Positions 58,003 through 64,000 of a stretch of 64,000 bases of DNA are shown here, piece after piece. The notes beneath the pieces were generated by a model. The model had not been told where the DNA came from, ran no database searches, and saw only the letters and a list, made by a program, of their open reading frames with translations. Within the stretch, counting starts at the first letter, position 1. Each line of letters starts with the position of its first letter. The DNA is taken from assembly GCA_965279375.1 (NCBI GenBank), contig OZ257156.1, positions 4,256,001 to 4,320,000 on the forward strand, written 5' to 3'. The stretch is from Gemmatimonas sp. (GTDB lineage Bacteria > Gemmatimonadota > Gemmatimonadetes > Gemmatimonadales > Gemmatimonadaceae). A program made the translations under genes and the position numbers.

Positions 58003-59466
58003 ATGGGCGTTCTCGACAAGCGGTTTAACACTCTCGTTGCACTCCACGTGTTTGTGGACACGCCCACGGGCGGCGGATCCACAACCCTGACGGCCGCCGC
58101 GGCCGCCGGTACCAGCACGCTGTCGCTGACCTCGGCCACCAACTTCGCGATCGGCGACGACATTCGCGTCGGCACCGGTGAGACGATGGAGCTGGTGCGC
58201 ATTCTGAACTTGGTCACCACGACGGTCACGACGGCGAAGCCGCTCAAGTTCGATCACCCGATCGCAGAGCCGATCGTCGAGCAGTCGGCGATCAACCTCG
58301 GCGTGCCCGAAGCGGACGGCTTCCGTCTCCGCTACAACGGCGAGACCACGGACGTCTTCGCGGCCACGCAGCGACTACCGTACGGTGTTCTGACCGGCTA
58401 CGTCGACCTCGGTGCGACGTGGCGCTACGAGGTCATCACGGCCGACACGCTCGCGATCGCATTCGGCCTGCCGCGCGCGAACGTCATCGGTGACGGCACC
58501 GCGGTGCAGCAGACCGGTACTGTCGGGCCGCGTCTCTTCACCACGGACGGCTCGATCTTCGGCGGCATCACGAACGTCAACGTCGTGGCCACGGGCCAGC
58601 TGCAGGACGGCAGCTACCTCAAGATCGATCTGTACAACGTGAGCTTCGATCCGACGGCGGTGACCAGCACCTTCGCGCGTGGTCAGCTCGCCACCGTGCC
58701 CGTGCGCGTGCTCGCATCGTCTGGCGCGATCGACGACACCAACACGCTCTTCACGCCGTCGAACATCATCCAGACCTTCGCGAGCTCGAAGGCGGACATC
58801 TTCTCCGAGATCACGGCGGTGCAAACGCTGACCGACTCGGGTACATCGACGACCACGACGGCGAGTGTCGCCGCCGGTCTGTATCAGATTCCGGTCACCT
58901 CCGCGACCGGCATCACGGCGGGTTCGTGGATTCGCATCGGCAGCGGTGACCTGGCTGAGTATCACCTCGTGCATGGCGTGGTGTCGCTCAACGTGCAGCT
59001 CCGCACGCAGACGCTACGCGCGCAGGCCTCGGGCGTCGCGGTGGTGCTGCAGACGCGCACGACGCTCAGCGTCGCCCAGGGTGGCTTCACCTTCGCGGCC
59101 TCGGGCTCGGTCGAGACGCAGCGTTCCGAGAACTTCCGCACCTCGCTCGCCTACCGCGCGTCGAACGTGTCGATCGCGCTCTCGTGCAACCTCGACGCAA
59201 TCACGGCGCTCAACTACGCGCTCGCGCTCGGCATCCCGACCGCACAGTACGCCAACAACGTGCTGCCGCTCGGTGCGCAGATCGGCAAGGCGACGGGCGT
59301 GAACCTGCTCTTCACCGGCCTGACGCAGGGTGGCAAGACGGTATCGATCTGCGGCTGGAACGCCACCGTCAACATCGGCGGCGAGACGCAGTTCACGCAG
59401 GCGGCCGCGGCCCAGATCCCCGTGAGCGTCAAGCCGTCGGTCCTGCAGGCCTTTGTCAACGCCTAA
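58003..59466 (+). CDS. Major tail (tube) protein with internal duplication
   Basis: Thr/Ala/Gly beta-rich, two homologous halves, canonical position. Confidence 0.75.
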   Translation: MGVLDKRFNTLVALHVFVDTPTGGGSTTLTAAAAAGTSTLSLTSATNFAIGDDIRVGTGETMELVRILNLVTTTVTTAKPLKFDHPIAEPIVEQSAINLGVPEADGFRLRYNGETTDVFAATQRLPYGVLTGYVDLGATWRYEVITADTLAIAFGLPRANVIGDGTAVQQTGTVGPRLFTTDGSIFGGITNVNVVATGQLQDGSYLKIDLYNVSFDPTAVTSTFARGQLATVPVRVLASSGAIDDTNTLFTPSNIIQTFASSKADIFSEITAVQTLTDSGTSTTTTASVAAGLYQIPVTSATGITAGSWIRIGSGDLAEYHLVHGVVSLNVQLRTQTLRAQASGVAVVLQTRTTLSVAQGGFTFAASGSVETQRSENFRTSLAYRASNVSIALSCNLDAITALNYALALGIPTAQYANNVLPLGAQIGKATGVNLLFTGLTQGGKTVSICGWNATVNIGGETQFTQAAAAQIPVSVKPSVLQAFVNA

Positions 59467-59470
59467 CCCC

Positions 59471-60385
59471 GTGCCAACCGCGCAACGGTCAGGGAAGAAG
59501 CACGCCACGACGCCCGATCCCATCCGCGAGGATGGGGTCGGGCGCGACGTGTTGCAGGAACGCGCTGAGGTGCTGCTCCGCTCGGTGGCCCGGCAGTCGA
59601 ACGTGACGCCGGAGCTGCTGGCCGCGCATCGTCCTGGCGGCGCCGACAATCCCGACACATCGGCGATGGGGTGGCTCTCGTATCTCTGCCAGCTCCATCG
59701 CTGGCACGCGACGGGGCCCGCGCAGCCCGAGAACAAGCGCGCCGGTCGGTGGGATGCGCAGGCGATCGAGGATCTGCGCGACGCGATGGCCGCCCAGCCG
59801 ATTCAACTGCGCCTCGAGGACGGACGCGAAGTCGCGGTCTACCCGAAGGGCGACTACGCCCTCGGTCGTATCGTCGCCGGACAGGTCGCGCTGCAGTGGG
59901 CGACCGAGCACCGCGTGCTGCTGCTCAATCTGCAGTCGGAGGGCCAGACGCTGTCGGCGCGCGAAATCCTCTCGCTCCGGCAGGCCGTCGAGTTCGAGTC
60001 CGCGCTCACGCGCGAATTCGTTTGGATCCTCACGCATCCTGGCGCCGACGTGCCGTGGGACGATGACACGACGTGGGACCACGAGCTGCCCGACTGGACG
60101 CGTGGGGTCACGTCATTCGACCTCATCGCGATTCGCCGCGCGCATCTCGAGGTGAACCTGATGCGCATCAACGCGATCGCCGCACGCACCGACGCGATCG
60201 TGAATGGCTCCGAAGCGATGCCGCTGCAGGCCTTCCTCGGCGTGATGGCGGCCGACCTGCACATCCCGCCGCGCGAGTTCGCCCGGCGCTGGTCACTCGG
60301 CGAGATCATCGCGTCGAACATGGCGAAGCACGAAGCGACCGAGCGCGCGCACGCGCAGGCGCGCCGCGAGGCCGAGCATGGCTGA
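59471..60385 (+). CDS. Putative tail assembly chaperone
   Basis: Position between tube and tape measure; helical. Confidence 0.5.
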   Translation: MPTAQRSGKKHATTPDPIREDGVGRDVLQERAEVLLRSVARQSNVTPELLAAHRPGGADNPDTSAMGWLSYLCQLHRWHATGPAQPENKRAGRWDAQAIEDLRDAMAAQPIQLRLEDGREVAVYPKGDYALGRIVAGQVALQWATEHRVLLLNLQSEGQTLSAREILSLRQAVEFESALTREFVWILTHPGADVPWDDDTTWDHELPDWTRGVTSFDLIAIRRAHLEVNLMRINAIAARTDAIVNGSEAMPLQAFLGVMAADLHIPPREFARRWSLGEIIASNMAKHEATERAHAQARREAEHG

Positions 60386-63300
60386 GGAGACGAAGCTCGA
60401 CACCCTGTTCTACGACCTCGAACTGCATACGAAGCAGTTCGATACGCGGATGGCGTCGGTGAAGAAGACGCTGCGCGATCTGACCAAGGATGGCTCGGTC
60501 GGGATCACGCTCGGCGCCGAGACCAAGCAGGCCGAATCGGCGTTGAAGTCGGCCGCGAAGGCGACCAAGGCGGTCGCCGCCGAAGCCGACGACCTGGGTA
60601 AGGGCTTCAGTACCTCGGGCGCCATCATCGATGGCGTCTCCAAGCGCATCGGCGTGTCGCTGACCAATCCCCTCGCCGCGACGGCCGCGCTGACGACGGC
60701 GCTGGTGGGCATCACGATCGCGGCGACGAAGATGGCCGCCGACGTCGACGTCTCGTTCCGACAGCTCGACGCCGCGCTGCCGAATGCCAACACGAACCTC
60801 GGCGTGCTGCGCACCGAGATCGCAGACCTCTCGACGGTCACCCCGCGCACCCAGAAAGAGCTCGCTGGCCTCGCAGCGTCGCTCGCGAAAGTCGGCGAGT
60901 CCGATCCTGCGGAGATCGCGCGCGACCTCCGTACCATCACGCTCGCCGCGGACGCACTCGGCCTCGCGGACGCGAGTGGGCTGGTCGATACGCTGGATCT
61001 GTTGGCCGACGGGTTCGACCTGACGTCCGAAGGCGCGCGCCAGGCGCTCGTTCAGATCGTCGCGATCACCAAGGGTAAGATCGGGATCGACGAGCTGACC
61101 GGCACGCTCGACAAGGCGGGCACGAAACTGAATGCGCTCGGCATCACCGCGGTCGATGCGGCGCGGGGCGTGACCGCGCTCCTGGATGCGGGTGTGAACC
61201 GTCGCCAAGTCACGACGGGCCTGGTCGCGATCATCGACGAGGCCACGACCGCGACCGCGCGCGCGCTCGCCGCGTCCGATTCGAATCGCGAAGGCGACGC
61301 GCAGGCGCTGCGGATCTTCGCCGACACGGTCAACCAGACCACGATCGCGACGAATGGTCTGCTGCCGACGCTGGCGACCCTGTACGATCGCCTGGACGGG
61401 AGCAAGGAGAAGTTCCAGCAGGCCGGTCTCGGGCTGAACGAGTATCAGATCGCCCAGAAGGCCGCAGCGGCCGCGACGGAAGATGCCGCGAAGCCGATTG
61501 AGACCTACGAACAGAACGTCGCCCGCCTGACCGAATCGGCGGACCTCAATCGGCAATCGGCGGAGTCGCTGTCGACCTTGCTCAAGAACGAGCTGGGTGC
61601 CGTGCTGATCGATCTCGGCAACAATATCCTGCCGCCCGTGTTGGCCGGGCTGACCGCACTCGCCGACCTGTTCTCGAGTGCGCGGCGGGCTGCACGCGAC
61701 GCGGCCGAAGAGACGGCGCGCGCGAATCAGCTGTTTCGCGAAGGGCGCGATGGGTTCGGTGCGAAAGCCGGTATTGGCGTCGCCAATACGCTCGCGAAGC
61801 GTCCCGCCATCGTCGAGACGGCGTCGCTCGACCAACTGCGTAATTTCCAGGCCGCGCTGCGCAGCACGCAGTTCAGCGGCAATGGTGGGGGTGAAGTCGA
61901 CAAGCAGCTCGCGGCCGTCGAAGCGCAGATCACCAAGCTCGCGCCGGCGCTCGGGGTCATCACTGCGACCCTGCCGAAGACCACGACGGGCTTCACCAAC
62001 ACCGGGACCGCCGCCGCGTCGGCCGCCGAGAAGTTCACCACGCTGCTGACCGCAGCGAGCGCCTACGCGACGTCCCTGCGTGAGGCCGACAACCCCATCG
62101 CGGCCGCGATCGCGAAGCAGAAGGAACTTGTCGACGCGCTGACCAAGACGCGCGATAGCCTGAAGGGCGCGGCGCGCGCCAAGGCCGATGGACAGTTGAA
62201 CGCCGCCATCGCAGAGCTCAACGCCGGCATCGATGTGCTGCGCGCGCAGAAGGGCGACGAGCTCGTGCAGCGCATCAACACCGCGATCACGACGCTGTCG
62301 GGCAACGCGGTCGACACGCTCCGGATCCAGTTCGAGCAGCTCGAGCGTGAGACGCTCAAGAACGCGGACGCCGCAGAGAAGCTCGGCACCGCCGAAGGCG
62401 CTGCCGCTGCCACTCGCGCGCGCAACTCGATTCCGGCCATCCGGAAGCAGGCCGAGGCGCTGATCGATCTCACGCAGAAGCAGGAAGCGTTCGAGAAGAT
62501 CACCAAGGTCGGCGACTCGCTCGGACAGCAGTCCGGCATCGCGGGCATCACGCTGCGCGTCTTTGCCGTGACGAAGCTGCGGGAGCAGGAGACCGCACTG
62601 CGCGCCACGATGGAGGACACGACGCAGTCCGTCACGGTGCGCGAGAAGGCGGAGCGCCAGCTCACCGCCGTGGTCGCGGAGCGACAGAAGCTCGAGGGCA
62701 AGACGCAGCCCGTGGCATCAACGGCCGACGCCGTGATGAAACTCGGCGTGGGAATGCGCGCCGCGGCACAGGATGCGCTCGTTTTCGTCCAGGCGCTCGG
62801 CAAGGGCGGCACGGCCCTCGCGCAGATCATCAGCGGCGTCGGCACCATCGGGAGCGGCCTGCAGTCGGCCGGCGCCGCCGCGAAAGCCGCTGGTGGCTTC
62901 GACAAGGCCCTCGGTAGCGCGAGCGGGATCGCGTCCCTGATCCCGGGCATCGGCTCGATTGTGGCCGGCACCATCGCGGCCGTGCAGGGCTTAGGCATCG
63001 GCAAGGGCAAGAGCACTGAAGAACAGCGCACGCAGCAGATCGCCGAGGAGAACACCGCGGCGGTGCAGGCGCTGACGAAGAACATCGGCGAACTCACGGC
63101 CACGACGCTCGCGGTCTCAAAGCTGAACCGCGTGCAAGGCGCGCTTGGTAAGCTCGAAGGCGCATTCCAGACGGGATCGAAGGACCTCCGGATCGGCAAC
63201 CTGCCAGACGACGCGAAGCTCAACGTGACCGCGTTCCTGTCGAAGCTGGGCCTGTCGATGAAGGACCTCGAGGATGTCGCGAAGCCGCTGGGCATTCAGC

Positions 63301-64000
63301 TCGACGGCACGGTCGGCTCGTTCCGCAGCCTATCTGTCGCGATCGCCAACCTGCCATTCCGCCTTCTCGGCACTGGCTTCGACGACATCACGAAGCGGCT
63401 CGATCTGCTGTCGCTGATCACCGGCAAGGCCAACGATCCACTCGATCAGTTGGCAAACAAGTTCCGGGCGTTGGTGCCGCTCGCCCCGAAGCTCGCCGAG
63501 CTGTTCAACATCGACGAGCTGGACACGAAGGAAGGTCGGGATCGCCTTCGTGCGCAGGTCGCCAAGCTCCTCAAGGACGGACTGAACCTCGACCCGAACT
63601 CTCCAGAGGCGAAAGAGTTTCAGCAGCTCCTCGGCAATTTGTCGCCGCAGGAGTTTCTCGCGTTGTTCGGCGACATTCTGAAGGGCTTTGACGGCTTTGT
63701 TGAGGCCGCGGACGGAAGTGCAGACAAGCTCCGCGAGTTCAACGACCTCGCGCGTGCGCTGGGCGTCACGGGCCTCGCGTATGTGAACGGGTTGGTATCG
63801 GCCTACGCCAACACGATCAAGGAGGTGGCTGGTCTCACCGATGGCCTCGACGTCACGACGGCAGAAGGGCTCGCGGCGCTGAAGCAGCGCGTCGCAGACA
63901 TCATCACCACACTGTCCGACAACGGCATCACGGACGCTGAGCAGAAGATCGTCGATGCACTGTTCAGCATCGTCGACGCAGCCGAAAGCGCGGCAACCGG
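60378..64000 (+). CDS. Tail tape measure protein (runs past the window end)
   Basis: Manual translation MAEETKLDTLFYDLELHTKQFD..., Ala/Leu-rich helical, apparently open to the window end. Confidence 0.9.
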   Translation, partial: MAEETKLDTLFYDLELHTKQFDTRMASVKKTLRDLTKDGSVGITLGAETKQAESALKSAAKATKAVAAEADDLGKGFSTSGAIIDGVSKRIGVSLTNPLAATAALTTALVGITIAATKMAADVDVSFRQLDAALPNANTNLGVLRTEIADLSTVTPRTQKELAGLAASLAKVGESDPAEIARDLRTITLAADALGLADASGLVDTLDLLADGFDLTSEGARQALVQIVAITKGKIGIDELTGTLDKAGTKLNALGITAVDAARGVTALLDAGVNRRQVTTGLVAIIDEATTATARALAASDSNREGDAQALRIFADTVNQTTIATNGLLPTLATLYDRLDGSKEKFQQAGLGLNEYQIAQKAAAAATEDAAKPIETYEQNVARLTESADLNRQSAESLSTLLKNELGAVLIDLGNNILPPVLAGLTALADLFSSARRAARDAAEETARANQLFREGRDGFGAKAGIGVANTLAKRPAIVETASLDQLRNFQAALRSTQFSGNGGGEVDKQLAAVEAQITKLAPALGVITATLPKTTTGFTNTGTAAASAAEKFTTLLTAASAYATSLREADNPIAAAIAKQKELVDALTKTRDSLKGAARAKADGQLNAAIAELNAGIDVLRAQKGDELVQRINTAITTLSGNAVDTLRIQFEQLERETLKNADAAEKLGTAEGAAAATRARNSIPAIRKQAEALIDLTQKQEAFEKITKVGDSLGQQSGIAGITLRVFAVTKLREQETALRATMEDTTQSVTVREKAERQLTAVVAERQKLEGKTQPVASTADAVMKLGVGMRAAAQDALVFVQALGKGGTALAQIISGVGTIGSGLQSAGAAAKAAGGFDKALGSASGIASLIPGIGSIVAGTIAAVQGLGIGKGKSTEEQRTQQIAEENTAAVQALTKNIGELTATTLAVSKLNRVQGALGKLEGAFQTGSKDLRIGNLPDDAKLNVTAFLSKLGLSMKDLEDVAKPLGIQLDGTVGSFRSLSVAIANLPFRLLGTGFDDITKRLDLLSLITGKANDPLDQLANKFRALVPLAPKLAELFNIDELDTKEGRDRLRAQVAKLLKDGLNLDPNSPEAKEFQQLLGNLSPQEFLALFGDILKGFDGFVEAADGSADKLREFNDLARALGVTGLAYVNGLVSAYANTIKEVAGLTDGLDVTTAEGLAALKQRVADIITTLSDNGITDAEQKIVDALFSIVDAAESAAT

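Larger units (their letters stand above)
18287..64000 (+). mobile_element. Prophage (siphovirus-like, non-contractile tail), continuing beyond the window
   Basis: att-like tRNA fragment followed by colinear replication, accessory, packaging, head and tail genes, all on + and densely coupled. Confidence 0.95.

Overview
The window is high-GC bacterial DNA in two parts. Bases 1-18.3 kb are host chromosome. Its gene content (large secreted M14 peptidases with Gly/Arg-rich inserts, DUF4159, DUF2911) suggests a Gemmatimonadota-like organism, which is an inference. It carries an SDR / beta-hydroxyacid dehydrogenase / IlvD-Edd operon, a PAS-GGDEF protein, a VIT1 protein, tRNA-Gly(CCC), and an isolated DUF4255 + contractile sheath pair resembling an eCIS fragment. 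At 18287-18318 a displaced tRNA 3' half marks a probable att site. From there to the window end lies a prophage with all recognisable genes on the + strand. Its early region holds a DnaB-like helicase, an iteron-bearing replication initiator, a C5 methyltransferase, a helicase-methyltransferase fusion, HNH and RecU-like nucleases, and about 40 translationally coupled accessory ORFs. Its late region holds the terminase, portal, minor head, scaffold, P22-type capsid, neck, tail tube and tape measure genes. The most notable signals are: (1) a candidate RNA end-repair set, comprising RtcB inserted between TerS and TerL, a minimal ATP-dependent RNA ligase, a Pol-beta-like nucleotidyltransferase and an ASCH protein; (2) an 18-bp promoter-like motif found five times at prophage operon boundaries, most followed by structured leaders; (3) a 19 x 27-bp His-rich repeat; (4) an internally duplicated tail tube protein; and (5) no integrase or repressor at this prophage end. 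All family calls come from motif recognition by eye, and no searches were run.
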